Shown here: positions 11,936-26,800 of the stretch, in pieces
Position numbering within the stretch: position 1 is the stretch's first letter
Layout: each line of letters begins with the position of its first letter
NCBI GenBank assembly: GCA_964057225.1
Contig: OZ059899.1
Location: 4,464,001-4,528,000 of the forward strand
DNA length: 64,000 bases
Direction: 5' to 3'
Source: Auanema rhodensis
Taxonomy: Eukaryota; Animalia; Nematoda
Made by a program: the position numbers and the translations under genes
Notes under the pieces: model-generated
Told to the model about the DNA's origin: nothing
Database searches by the model: none
Seen by the model: the letters and a program-made list of their open reading frames with translations, nothing else

Positions 11936-14900
11936 CTTTGCCTTGAAAAAAGAAATCTAAAAACATCTACTTTTTGCTAAATTATTTTGAAATTTTCCGA
12001 AAAAATTTTTGTCAAAATGTTTTTGGAAGCAATGTTGAGTGTACATGGAAACTCAACATACACTAATGCATCATTTTTCAAACGATCATAACTGATTTTT
12101 GTATTAAGAGTTTCTCAATGTAGTATAGTGCATTCGATGCGGATTTTTAAGCTGCGTCGATCTGTGTTATCAGATTTGCGCTAGCTTAAAAATGCACCGA
12201 GATATCAACTGATATAAATTCACACATAAATCCTCGATTTTCACCCTGAAGAATTAATTTTTTCGTTGAATAACATTGTCCATCGTCTTTGCCTTGAAAA
12301 AAGAAATCTAAAAACATCTACTTTTTGCTAAATTATTTTGAAATTTTCCGAAAAAATTTTTGTCAAAATGTTTTTGGAAGCAATGTTGAGTGTACATGGA
12401 AACTCAACATACACTAATGCATCATTTTTCAAACGATCATAACTGATTTTTGTATTAAGAGTTTCTCAATGTAGTATAGTGCATTCGATGCGGATTTTTA
12501 AGCTGCGTCGATCTGTGTTATCAGATTTGCGCTAGCTTAAAAATGCACCGAGATATCAACTGATATAAATTCACACATAAATCCTCGATTTTCACCCTGA
12601 AGAATGAATTTTTTCGTTGAATAACATTGTCCATCGTCTTTGCCTTGAAAAAAGGAATCTAAAAACATCTACTTTTTGCTAAATTATTTTGAAATTTTCC
12701 GAAAAAATTTTTGTCAAAATGTTTTTGGAAGCAATGTTGAGTGTACATGGAAACTCTACATACACTAATGCATCATTTTTCAAACGATCATAACTGATTT
12801 TTGTATTAAGCGTTTCTCAATGTAGTATAGTGCATTCGATGCGGATTTTTAAGCTGCGTCGATCTATGTTATCAGATTTGCGCTAGCTTAAAAATGCACC
12901 GAGATATCAACTGATATAAGTTTACACATATATCCTCGATTTTCACCCTGAAGAATGAATTTTTTCGTTGAATAACATTGTCCATCGTCTTTGCCTTGAA
13001 AAAAGGAATCTAAAAACATCTACTTTTTGCTAAATTATTTTGAAATTTTCCGAAAAAATTTTTGTCAAAATGTTTTTGGAAGCAATGTTGAGTGTACATG
13101 GAAACTCAACATACACTAATGCATCATTTTTCAAACGATCATAACTGATTTTTGTATTAAGAGTTTCTCAATGTAGTATAGTGCATTCGATGCGGATTTT
13201 TAAGCTGCGTCGATCTGTGTTATCAGATTTGCGCTAGCTTAAAAATGCACCGAGATATCAACTGATATAAATTCACACATAAATCCTCGATTTTCACCCT
13301 GAAGAATGAATTTTTTCGTTGAATAACATTGTCCATCGTCTTTGCCTTGAAAAAAGGAATCTAAAAACATCTACTTTTTGCTAAATTATTTTGAAATTTT
13401 CCGAAAAAATTTTTGTCAAAATGTTTTTGGAAGCAATGTTGAGTGTACATGGAAACTCTACATACACTAATGCATCATTTTTCAAACGATCATAACTGAT
13501 TTTTGTATTAAGCGTTTCTCAATGTAGTATAGTGCATTCGATGCGGATTTTTAAGCTGCGTCGATCTGTGTTATCAGATTTGCGCTAGCTTAAAAATGCA
13601 CCGAGATATCAACTGATATAAATTCACACATAAATCCTCGATTTTCACCCTGAAGAATTAATTTTTTCGTTGAATAACATTGTCCATCGTCTTTGCCTTG
13701 AAAAAAGAAATCTAAAAACATCTACTTTTTGCTAAATTATTTTGAAATTTTCCGAAAAAATTTTTGTCAAAATGTTTTTGGAAGCAATGTTGAGTGTACA
13801 TGGAAACTCAACATACACTAATGCATCATTTTTCAAACGATCATAACTGATTTTTGTATTAAGAGTTTCTCAATGTAGTATAGTGCATTCGATGCGGATT
13901 TTTAAGCTGCGTCGATCTGTGTTATCAGATTTGCGCTAGCTTAAAAATGCACCGAGATATCAACTGATATAAATTCACACATAAATCCTCGATTTTCACC
14001 CTGAAGAATGAATTTTTTCGTTGAATAACATTGTCCATCGTCTTTGCCTTGAAAAAAGGAATCTAAAAACATCTACTTTTTGCTAAATTATTTTGAAATT
14101 TTCCGAAAAAATTTTTGTCAAAATGTTTTTGGAAGCAATGTTGAGTGTACATGGAAACTCTACATACACTAATGCATCATTTTTCAAACGATCATAACTG
14201 ATTTTTGTATTAAGCGTTTCTCAATGTAGTATAGTGCATTCGATGCGGATTTTTAAGCTGCGTCGATCTATGTTATCAGATTTGCGCTAGCTTAAAAATG
14301 CACCGAGATATCAACTGATATAAGTTTACACATATATCCTCGATTTTCACCCTGAAGAATGAATTTTTTCGTTGAATAACATTGTCCATCGTCTTTGCCT
14401 TGAAAAAAGGAATCTAAAAACATCTACTTTTTGCTAAATTATTTTGAAATTTTCCGAAAAAATTTTTGTCAAAATGTTTTTGGAAGCAATGTTGAGTGTA
14501 CATGGAAACTCAACATACACTAATGCATCATTTTTCAAACGATCATAACTGATTTTTGTATTAAGAGTTTCTCAATGTAGTATAGTGCATTCGATGCGGA
14601 TTTTTAAGCTGCGTCGATCTGTGTTATCAGATTTGCGCTAGCTTAAAAATGCACCGAGATATCAACTGATATAAATTCACACATAAATCCTCGATTTTCA
14701 CCCTGAAGAATGAATTTTTTCGTTGAATAACATTGTCCATCGTCTTTGCCTTGAAAAAAGGAATCTAAAAACATCTACTTTTTGCTAAATTATTTTGAAA
14801 TTTTCCGAAAAAATTTTTGTCAAAATGTTTTTGGAAGCAATGTTGAGTGTACATGGAAACTCTACATACACTAATGCATCATTTTTCAAACGATCATAAC

Positions 14901-15094
14901 TGATTTTTGTATTAAGCGTTTCTCAATGTAGTATAGTGCATTCGATGCGGATTTTTAAGCTGCGTCGATCTATGTTATCAGATTTGCGCTAGCTTAAAAA
15001 TGCACCGAGATATCAACTGATATAAGTTTACACATATATCCTCGATTTTCACCCTGAAGAATGAATTTTTTCGTTGAATAACATTGTCCATCGT
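11936..15094 (+). repeat. Local dimer/tetramer block (monomers 35-43) with private variants
   Basis: actctacat in alternate monomers (37, 39, 41, 43) and cacataaatcc; I saw both only here. Confidence 0.8.
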
Positions 15095-18000
15095 CTTTGC
15101 CTTGAAAAAAGGAATCTAAAAACATCTACTTTTTGCTAAATTATTTTGAAATTTTTCGAAAAAATTTTTGTCAAAATGTTTTTGGAAGCAATGTTGAGTG
15201 TACATGGAAACTCAACATACACTAATGCATCATTTTTCAAACGATCATAACTGATTTTTGTATTAAGCGTTTCTCAATGTAGTATAGTGCATTCGATGCG
15301 GATTTTCAAGCTGCGTCGATCTGTGTTATCAGATTTGCGCTAGCTTAAAAATGCACCGAGATATCAACTGATATAAGTTCACACTTGTATCCTCGATTTT
15401 CACCCTGAAGAATTAATTTTTTCGTTGAATAACATTGTCCATCGTCTTTGCCTTGAAAAAAGAAATCTAAAAACATCTACTTTTTGCTAAATTATTTTGA
15501 AATTTTCCGAAAAAATTTTTGTCAAAATGTTTTTGGAAGCAATGTTGAGTGTACATGGAAACTCAACATACACTAATGCATCATTTTTCAAACGATCATA
15601 ACTGATTTTTGTATTAAGAGTTTCTCAATGTAGTATAGTGCATTCGATGCGGATTTTTAAGCTGCGTCGATCTGTGTTATCAGATTTGCGCTAGCTTAAA
15701 AATGCACCGAGATATCAACTGATATAAATTCACACATATATCCTCGATTTTCACCCTGAAGAATTAATTTTTTCGTTGAATAACATTGTCCATCGTCTTT
15801 GCCTTGAAAAAAGAAATCTAAAAACATCTACTTTTTGCTAAATTATTTTGAAATTTTCCGAAAAAATTTTTGTCAAAATGTTTTTGGAAGCAATGTTGAG
15901 TGTACATGGAAACTCAACATACACTAATGCATCATTTTTCAAACGATCATAACTGATTTTTGTATTAAGCGTTTCTCAATGTAGTATAGTGCATTCGATG
16001 CGGATTTTCAAGCTGCGTCGATCTGTGTTATCAGATTTGCGCTAGCTTAAAAATGCACCGAGATATCAACTGATATAAATTCACACATATATCCTCGATT
16101 TTCACCCTGAAGAATTAATTTTTTCGTTGAATAACATTGTCCATCGTCTTTGCCTTGAAAAAAGAAATCTAAAAACATCTACTTTTTGCTAAATTATTTT
16201 GAAATTTTCCGAAAAAATTTTTGTCAAAATGTTTTTGGAAGCAATGTTGAGTGTACATGGAAACTCAACATACACTAATGCATCATTTTTCAAACGATCA
16301 TAACTGATTTTTGTATTAAGCGTTTCTCAATGTAGTATAGTGCATTCGATGCGGATTTTTAAGCTGCGTCGATCCGTGTTATCAGATTTGCGCTAGCTTA
16401 AAAATGCACCGAGATATCAACAGATATATGTTCACACTTATATCCTCGATTTTCACCCTGAAGAATTAATTTTTTCGTTGAAAAATATTGTCCATCGTCT
16501 TTGCCTTGAAAAAAGAAATCTAAAAACATCTACTTTTTGCTAAATTTATTTGAAATTTTTCGAAAAAATTTTTGTCAAAATGTTTTTGGAAGCAATGTTG
16601 AGTGTACATGGAAACTCAACATACACTAATGCATCATTTTTCAAACGATCATAACTGATTTTTGTATTAAGCGTTTCTCAATGTAGTATAGTGCATTCGA
16701 TGCGGATTTTCAAGCTGCGTCGCTCTGTGTTATCAGATTTGCGCTAGCTTAAAAATGCACCGAGATATCAACTGATATAAGTTCACACTTGTATCCTCGA
16801 TTTTCACCCTGAAGAATTAATTTTTTCGTTGAATAACATTGTCCATCGTCTTTGCCTTGAAAAAAGGAATCTAAAAACATCTACTTTTTGCTAAATGATT
16901 TTGAAATTTTTCGAAAAAATTTTTGTCAAAATGTTTTTGGAAGCAATGTTGAGTGTACATGGAAACTCAACATACACTAATGCATCATTTTTCAAACGAT
17001 CATAACTAATTTTTGTATTAAGCGTTTCTCAATGTAGTATAGTGCATTCGATGCGGATTTTTAAGCTGCGTCGATCCGTGTTATCAGATTTGCTCTAGCT
17101 TAAAAATGCACCGAGATATCAACTGATATAAGTTCACACTTACATTCTCGATTTTCACCCTGAAGAATCAATTTTTTCGTTGAATAACATTGTCCATCGT
17201 CTTTGCCTTGAAAAAAGGAATCTAAAAACATCTACTTTTTGCTAAATTATTTTGAAATTTTCCGAAAAAATTTTTGTCAAAATGTTTTTGGAAGCAATGT
17301 TGAGTGTACATGGAAACTCAACATACACTAATGCATCATTTTTCAAACGATCATAACTGATTTTTGTATTAAGAGTTTCTCAATGTAGTATAGTGCATTC
17401 GATGCGGATTTTTAAGCTGCGTCGATCTGTGTTATCAGATTTGCGCTAGCTTAAAAATGCACCGAGATATCAACTGATATAAGTTCACACTTATATTCTC
17501 GATTTTCACCCTGAAGAATTAATTTTTTCGTTGAATAACATTGTCCATCGTCTTTGCCTTGAAAAAAGAAATCTAAAAACATCTACTTTTTGCTAAATTA
17601 TTTTGAAATTTTCCGAAAAAATTTTTGTCAAAATGTTTTTGGAAGCAATGTTGAGTGTACATGGAAACTCAACATACACTAATGCATCATTTTTCAAACG
17701 ATCATAACTGATTTTTGTATTAAGCGTTTCTCAATGTAGTATAGTGCATTCGATGCGGATTTTTAAGCTGCGTCGATCTATGTTATCAGATTTGCGCTAG
17801 CTTAAAAATGCACCGAGATATCAACTGATATAAGTTTACACATATATCCTCGATTTTCACCCTGAAGAATGAATTTTTTCGTTGAATAACATTGTCCATC
17901 GTCTTTGCCTTGAAAAAAGGAATCTAAAAACATCTACTTTTTGCTAAATTATTTTGAAATTTTTCGAAAAAATTTTTGTCAAAATGTTTTTGGAAGCAAT

Positions 18001-18253
18001 GTTGAGTGTACATGGAAACTCAACATACACTAATGCATCATTTTTCAAACTATCATAACTAATTTTTGTATTAAGCGTTTCTCAATGTAGTATAGTGCAT
18101 TCGATGCGGATTTTTAAGCTGCGTCGATCTGTGTTATCAGATTTGCGCTAGCTTAAAAATGCACCGAGATATCAACTGATATAAGTTCACACTTATATTC
18201 TCGATTTTCACCCTGAAGAATTAATTTTTTCGTTGAATAACATTGTCCATCGT
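15095..18253 (+). repeat. HOR copy 3 (monomers 44-52, matching monomers 3-11)
   Basis: Same ordered variant series at an offset of 41 monomers; lacks gaagtaatg. Confidence 0.85.
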
Positions 18254-21200
18254 CTTTGCCTTGAAAAAAGGAATCTAAAAACATCTACTTTTTGCTAAAT
18301 GATTTTGAAATTTTTCGAAAAAATTTTTGTCAAAATGTTTTTGGAAGCAATGTGGAGTGTACATGGAAACTCAACATACACTAATGCATCATTTTTCAAA
18401 CGATCATAACTGATTTTTGTATTAAGAGTTTCTCAATGTAGTATAGTGCATTCGATGCGGATTTTTAAGCTGCGTCGATCTGTGTTATCAGATTTGCGCT
18501 AGCTTAAAAATGCACCGAGATATCAACTGATATAAATTCACACATATATCCTCGATTTTCACCCTGAAGAATTAATTTTTTCGTTGAATAACATTGTCCA
18601 TCGTCTTTGCCTTGAAAAAAGAAATCTAAAAACATCTACTTTTTGCTAAATTATTTTGAACTTTTCCGAAAAAATTTTTGTCAAAATGTTTTTGGAAGCA
18701 ATGTTGAGTGTACATGGAAACTCAACATACACTAATGCATCATTTTTCAAACGATCATAACTGATTTTTGTATTAAGCGTTTCTCAATGTAGTATAGTGC
18801 ATTCGATGCGGATTTTCAAGCTGCGTCGATCTGTGTTATCAGATTTGCGCTAGCTTAAAAATGCACCGAGATATCAACTGATATAAGTTCACACTTACAT
18901 TCTCGATTTTCACCCTGAAGAATGAATTTTTTCGTTGAATAACATTGTCCATCGTCTTTGCCTTGAAAAAAGGAATCTAAAAACATCTACTTTTTGCTAA
19001 ATTATTTTGAAATTTTTCGAAAAAATTTTTGTCAAAATGTTTTTGGAAGCAATGTTGAGTGTACATGGAAACTCAACATACACTAATGCATCATTTTTCA
19101 AACGATCATAACTAATTTTTGTATTAAGCGTTTCTCAATGTAGTATAGTGCATTCGATGCGGATTTTTAAGCTGCGTCGATCTGTGTTATCAGATTTGCG
19201 CTAGCTTAAAAATGCACCGAGATATCAACTGATATAAGTTCACACTTATATTCTCGATTTTCACCCTGAAGAATTAATTTTTTCGTTGAATAACATTGTC
19301 CATCGTCTTTGCCTTGAGAAAAGAAATCTAAAAACATCTACTTTTTGCTAAATTATTTTGAAATTTTCCGAAAAAATTTTTGTCAAAATGTTTTTGGAAG
19401 CAATGTTGAGTGTACATGGAAACTCAACATACACTAATGCATCATTTTTCAAACGATCATAACTGATTTTTGTATTAAGAGTTTCTCAATGTAGTATAGT
19501 GCATTCGATGCGGATTTTTAAGCTGCGTCGATCTGTGTTATCAGATTTGCGCTAGCTTAAAAATGCACCGAGATATCAACTGATATAAATTCACACATAT
19601 ATCCTCGATTTTCACCCTGAAGAATTAATTTTTTCGTTGAATAACATTGTCCATCGTCTTTGCCTTGAAAAAAGAAATCTAAAAACATCTACTTTTTGCT
19701 AAATTATTTTGAAATTTTCCGAAAAAATTTTTGTCAAAATGTTTTTGGAAGCAATGTTGAGTGTACATGGAAACTCAACATACACTAATGCATCATTTTT
19801 CAAACGATCATAACTAATTTTTGTATTAAGCGTTTCTCAATGTAGTATAGTGCATTCGATGCGGATTTTTAAGCTGCGTCGATCCGTGTTATCAGATTTG
19901 CTCTAGCTTAAAAATGCACCGAGATATCAACTGATATAAGTTCACACTTACATTCTCGATTTTCACCCTGAAGAATCAATTTTTTCGTTGAATAACATTG
20001 TCCATCGTCTTTGCCTTGAAAAAAGGAATCTAAAAACATCTACTTTTTGCTAAATTATTTTGAAATTTTCCGAAAAAATTTTTGTCAAAATGTTTTTGGA
20101 AGCAATGTTGAGTGTACATGGAAACTCAACATACACTAATGCATCATTTTTCAAACGATCATAACTGATTTTTGTATTAAGCGTTTCTCAATGTAGTATA
20201 GTGCATTCGATGCGGATTTTTAAGCTGCGTCGATCTATGTTATCAGATTTGCGCTAGCTTAAAAATGCACCGAGATATCAACTGATATAAGTTTACACAT
20301 ATATCCTCGATTTTCACCCTGAAGAATGAATTTTTTCGTTGAATAACATTGTCCATCGTCTTTGCCTTGAAAAAAGAAATCTAAAAACATCTACTTTTTG
20401 CTAAATTATTTTGAAATTTTTCGAAAAAATTTTTGTCAAAATGTTTTTGGAAGCAATGTTGAGTGTACATGGAAACTCAACATACACTAATGCATCATTT
20501 TTCAAACGATCATAACTGATTTTTGTATCAAGCGTTTCTCAATGTAGTATAGTGCATTCGATGCGGATTTTTAAGCTGCGTCGATCTGTGTTATCAGATT
20601 TGCGCTAGCTTAAAAATGCACCGAGATATCAACTGATATAAGTTCACACTTATATTCTCGATTTTCACCCTGAAGAATTAATTTTTTCGTTGAATAACAT
20701 TGTCCATCGTCTTTGCCTTGAAAAAAGAAATCTAAAAACATCTACTTTTTGCTAAATTATTTTGAAATTTTCCGAAAAAATTTTTGTCAAAATGTTTTTG
20801 GAAGCAATGTTGAGTGTACATGGAAACTCAACATACACTAATGCATCATTTTTCAAACGATCATAACCGATTTTTGTATTAAGCGTTTCTCAATGTAGTA
20901 TAGTGCATTCGATGCGGATTTTTAAGCTGCGTCGATCTATGTTATCAGATTTGCGCTAGCTTAAAAATGCACCGAGATATCAACTGATATAAGTTTACAC
21001 ATATATCCTCGATTTTCACCCTGAAGAATTAATTTTTTCGTTGAATAACATTGTCCATCGTCTTTGCCTTGAAAAAAGAAATCTAAAAACATCTACTTTT
21101 TGCTAAATTATTTTGAAATTTTCCGAAAAAATTTTTGTCAAAATGTTTTTGGAAGCAATGTTGAGTGTACATGGAAACTCAACATACACTAATGCATCAT

Positions 21201-23870
21201 TTTTCAAACGATCATAACTGATTTTTGTATTAAGCGTTTCTCAATGTAGTATAGTGCATTCGATGCGGATTTTTAAGCTGCGTCGATCCGTGTTATCAGA
21301 TTTGCGCTAGCTTAAAAATGCACCGAGATATCAACAGATATATGTTCACACTTATATCCTCGATTTTCACCCTGAAGAATTAATTTTTTCGTTGAAAAAT
21401 ATTGTCCATCGTCTTTGCCTTGAAAAAAGAAATCTAAAAACATCTACTTTTTTGCTAAATTTATTTGAAATTTTTCGAAAAAATTTTTGTCAAAATGTTT
21501 TTGGAAGCAATGTTGAGTGTACATGGAAACTCAACATACACTAATGCATCATTTTTCAAACGATCATAACTGATTTTTGTATTAAGCGTTTCTCAATGTA
21601 GTATAGTGCATTCGATGCGGATTTTCAAGCTGCGTCGCTCTGTGTTATCAGATTTGCGCTAGCTTAAAAATGCACCGAGATATCAACTGATATAAGTTCA
21701 CACTTGTATCCTCGATTTTCACCCTGAAGAATTAATTTTTTCGTTGAATAACATTGTCCATCGTCTTTGCCTTGAAAAAAGGAATCTAAAAACATCTACT
21801 TTTTGCTAAATGATTTTGAAATTTTTCGAAAAAATTTTTGTCAAAATGTTTTTGGAAGCAATGTTGAGTGTACATGGAAACTCAACATACACTAATGCAT
21901 CATTTTTCAAACGATCATAACTAATTTTTGTATTAAGCGTTTCTCAATGTAGTATAGTGCATTCGATGCGGATTTTTAAGCTGCGTCGATCCGTGTTATC
22001 AGATTTGCTCTAGCTTAAAAATGCACCGAGATATCAACTGATATAAGTTCACACTTACATTCTCGATTTTCACCCTGAAGAATCAATTTTTTCGTTGAAT
22101 AACATTGTCCATCGTCTTTGCCTTGAAAAAAGGAATCTAAAAACATCTACTTTTTGCTAAATTATTTTGAAATTTTCCGAAAAAATTTTTGTCAAAATGT
22201 TTTTGGAAGCAATGTTGAGTGTACATGGAAACTCAACATACACTAATGCATCATTTTTCAAACGATCATAACTGATTTTTGTATTAAGCGTTTCTCAATG
22301 TAGTATAGTGCATTCGATGCGGATTTTTAAGCTGCGTCGATCTATGTTATCAGATTTGCGCTAGCTTAAAAATGCGCCGAGATATCAACTGATATAAGTT
22401 TACACATATATCCTCGATTTTCACCCTGAAGAATGAATTTTTTCGTTGAATAACATTGTCCATCGTCTTTGCCTTGAAAAAAGGAATCTAAAAACATCTA
22501 CTTTTTGCTAAATTATTTTGAAATTTTTCGAAAAAATTTTTGTCAAAATGTTTTTGGAAGCAATGTTGAGTGTACATGGAAACTCAACATACACTAATGC
22601 ATCATTTTTCAAACGATCATAACTGATTTTTGTATCAAGCGTTTCTCAATGTAGTATAGTGCATTCGATGCGGATTTTTAAGCTGCGTCGATCTGTGTTA
22701 TCAGATTTGCGCTAGCTTAAAAATGCACCGAGATATCAACTGATATAAGTTCACACTTATATTCTCGATTTTCACCCTGAAGAATTAATTTTTTCGTTGA
22801 ATAACATTGTCCATCGTCTTTGCCTTGAAAAAAGAAATCTAAAAACATCTACTTTTTGCTAAATTATTTTGAAATTTTCCGAAAAAATTTTTGTCAAAAT
22901 GTTTTTGGAAGCAATGTTGAGTGTACATGGAAACTCAACATACACTAATGCATCATTTTTCAAACGATCATAACTGATTTTTGTATTAAGCGTTTCTCAA
23001 TGTAGTATAGTGCATTCGATGCGGATTTTTAAGCTGCGTCGATCTATGTTATCAGATTTGCGCTAGCTTAAAAATGCGCCGAGATATCAACTGATATAAG
23101 TTTACACATATATCCTCGATTTTCACCCTGAAGAATGAATTTTTTCGTTGAATAACATTGTCCATCGTCTTTGCCTTGAAAAAAGGAATCTAAAAACATC
23201 TACTTTTTGCTAAATTATTTTGAAATTTTTCGAAAAAATTTTTGTCAAAATGTTTTTGGAAGCAATGTTGAGTGTACATGGAAACTCAACATACACTAAT
23301 GCATCATTTTTCAAACGATCATAACTGATTTTTGTATCAAGCGTTTCTCAATGTAGTATAGTGCATTCGATGCGGATTTTTAAGCTGCGTCGATCTGTGT
23401 TATCAGATTTGCGCTAGCTTAAAAATGCACCGAGATATCAACTGATATAAGTTCACACTTATATTCTCGATTTTCACCCTGAAGAATTAATTTTTTCGTT
23501 GAATAACATTGTCCATCGTCTTTGCCTTGAAAAAAGAAATCTAAAAACATCTACTTTTTGCTAAATTATTTTGAAATTTTCCGAAAAAATTTTTGTCAAA
23601 ATGTTTTTGGAAGCAATGTTGAGTGTACATGGAAACTCAACATACACTAATGCATCATTTTTCAAACGATCATAACTGATTTTTGTATTAAGCGTTTCTC
23701 AATGTAGTATAGTGCATTCGATGCGGATTTTTAAGCTGCGTCGATCTATGTTATCAGATTTGCGCTAGCTTAAAAATGCACCGAGATATCAACTGATATA
23801 AGTTTACACATATATCCTCGATTTTCACCCTGAAGAATTAATTTTTTCGTTGAATAACATTGTCCATCGT

Positions 23871-26800
23871 CTTTGCCTTGAAAAAAGAAATCTAAAAACA
23901 TCTACTTTTTGCTAAATTATTTTGAAATTTTCCGAAAAAATTTTTGTCAAAATGTTTTTGGAAGCAATGTTGAGTGTACATGGAAACTCAACATACACTA
24001 ATGCATCATTTTTCAAACGATCATAACTGATTTTTGTATTAAGAGTTTCTCAATGTAGTATAGTGCATTCGATGCGGATTTTTAAGCTGCGTCGATCTGT
24101 GTTATCAGATTTGCGCTAGCTTAAAAATGCACCGAGATATCAACTGATATAAATTCACACATATATCCTCGATTTTCACCCTGAAGAATGAATTTTTTCG
24201 TAGAATAACATTGTCCATCGTCTTTGCCTTGAAAAAAGGAATCTAAAAACATCTACTTTTTGCTAAATTATTTTGAAATTTTTCAAAAAAATTTTTGTCA
24301 AAATGTTTTTGGAAGCAATGTTGAGTGTACATGGAAACTCAACATACACTAATGCATCATTTTTCAAACGATCATAACTAATTTTTGTATTAAGCGTTTC
24401 TCAATGTAGTATAGTGCATTCGATGCGGATTTTTAAGCTGAGTCGATCTGTGTTATCAGATTTGCGCTAGCTTAAAAATGCACCGAGATATCAACTGATA
24501 TAAGTTCACACTTATATTCTCGATTTTCACCCTGAAGAATCAATTTTTTCGTTGAATAACATTGTCCATCGTCTTTGCCTTGAAAAAAGAAATCTAAAAA
24601 CATCTACTTTTTGCTAAATTATTTTGAAATTTTCCGAAAAAATTTTTGTCAAAATGTTTTTGGAAGCAATGTTGAGTGTACATGGAAACTCAACATACAC
24701 TAATGCATCATTTTTCAAACGATCATAACTGATTTTTGTATTAAGCGTTTCTCAATGTAGTATAGTGCATTCGATGCGGATTTTTAAGCTGCGTCGATCT
24801 GTGTTATCAGATTTGCGCTAGCTTAAAAATGCACCGAGATATCAACTGATATAAATTCACACATATATCCTCGATTTTCACCCTGAAGAATGAATTTTTT
24901 CGTAGAATAACATTGTCCATCGTCTTTGCCTTGAAAAAAGGAATCTAAAAACATCTACTTTTTGCTAAATTATTTTGAAATTTTTCAAAAAAATTTTTGT
25001 CAAAATGTTTTTGGAAGCAATGTTGAGTGTACATGGAAACTCAACATACACTAATGCATCATTTTTCAAACGATCATAACTAATTTTTGTATTAAGCGTT
25101 TCTCAATGTAGTATAGTGCATTCGATGCGGATTTTTAAGCTGAGTCGATCTGTGTTATCAGATTTGCGCTAGCTTAAAAATGCACCGAGATATCAACTGA
25201 TATAAGTTCACACTTATATTCTCGATTTTCACCCTGAAGAATCAATTTTTTCGTTGAATAACATTGTCCATCGTCTTTGCCTTGAAAAAAGAAATCTAAA
25301 AACATCTACTTTTTGCTAAATTATTTTGAAATTTTCCGAAAAAATTTTTGTCAAAATGTTTTTGGAAGCAATGTTGAGTGTACATGGAAACTCAACATAC
25401 ACTAATGCATCATTTTTCAAACGATCATAACTGATTTTTGTATTAAGCGTTTCTCAATGTAGTATAGTGCATTCGATGCGGATTTTTAAGCTGCGTCGAT
25501 CTGTGTTATCAGATTTGCGCTAGCTTAAAAATGCACCGAGATATCAACTGATATAAATTCACACATATATCCTCGATTTTCACCCTGAAAAATGAATTTT
25601 TTCGTAGAATAACATTGTCCATCGTCTTTGCCTTGAAAAAAGGAATCTAAAAACATCTACTTTTTGCTAAATTATTTTGAAATTTTTCAAAAAAATTTTT
25701 GTCAAAATGTTTTTGGAAGCAATGTTGAGTGTACATGGAAACTCAACATACACTAATGCATCATTTTTCAAACGATCATAACTAATTTTTGTATTAAGCG
25801 TTTCTCAATGTAGTATAGTGCATTCGATGCGGATTTTTAAGCTGAGTCGATCTGTGTTATCAGATTTGCGCTAGCTTAAAAATGCACCGAGATATCAACT
25901 GATATAAGTTCACACTTATATTCTCGATTTTCACCCTGAAGAATCAATTTTTTCGTTGAATAACATTGTCCATCGTCTTTGCCTTGAAAAAAGAAATCTA
26001 AAAACATCTACTTTTTGCTAAATTATTTTGAAATTTTCCGAAAAAATTTTTGTCAAAATGTTTTTGGAAGCAATGTTGAGTGTACATGGAAACTCAACAT
26101 ACACTAATGCATCATTTTTCAAACGATCATAACTGATTTTTGTATTAAGCGTTTCTCAATGTAGTATAGTGCATTCGATGCGGATTTTTAAGCTGCGTCG
26201 ATCTGTGTTATCAGATTTGCGCTAGCTTAAAAATGCACCGAGATATCAACTGATATAAATTCACACATATATCCTCGATTTTCACCCTGAAGAATGAATT
26301 TTTTCGTAGAATAACATTGTCCATCGTCTTTGCCTTGAAAAAAGGAATCTAAAAACATCTACTTTTTGCTAAATTATTTTGAAATTTTTCAAAAAAATTT
26401 TTGTCAAAATGTTTTTGGAAGCAATGTTGAGTGTACATGGAAACTCAACATACACTAATGCATCATTTTTCAAACGATCATAACTAATTTTTGTATTAAG
26501 CGTTTCTCAATGTAGTATAGTGCATTCGATGCGGATTTTTAAGCTGAGTCGATCTGTGTTATCAGATTTGCGCTAGCTTAAAAATGCACCGAGATATCAA
26601 CTGATATAAGTTCACACTTATATTCTCGATTTTCACCCTGAAGAATCAATTTTTTCGTTGAATAACATTGTCCATCGTCTTTGCCTTGAAAAAAGAAATC
26701 TAAAAACATCTACTTTTTGCTAAATTATTTTGAAATTTTCCGAAAAAATTTTTGTCAAAATGTTTTTGGAAGCAATGTTGAGTGTACATGGAAACTCAAC

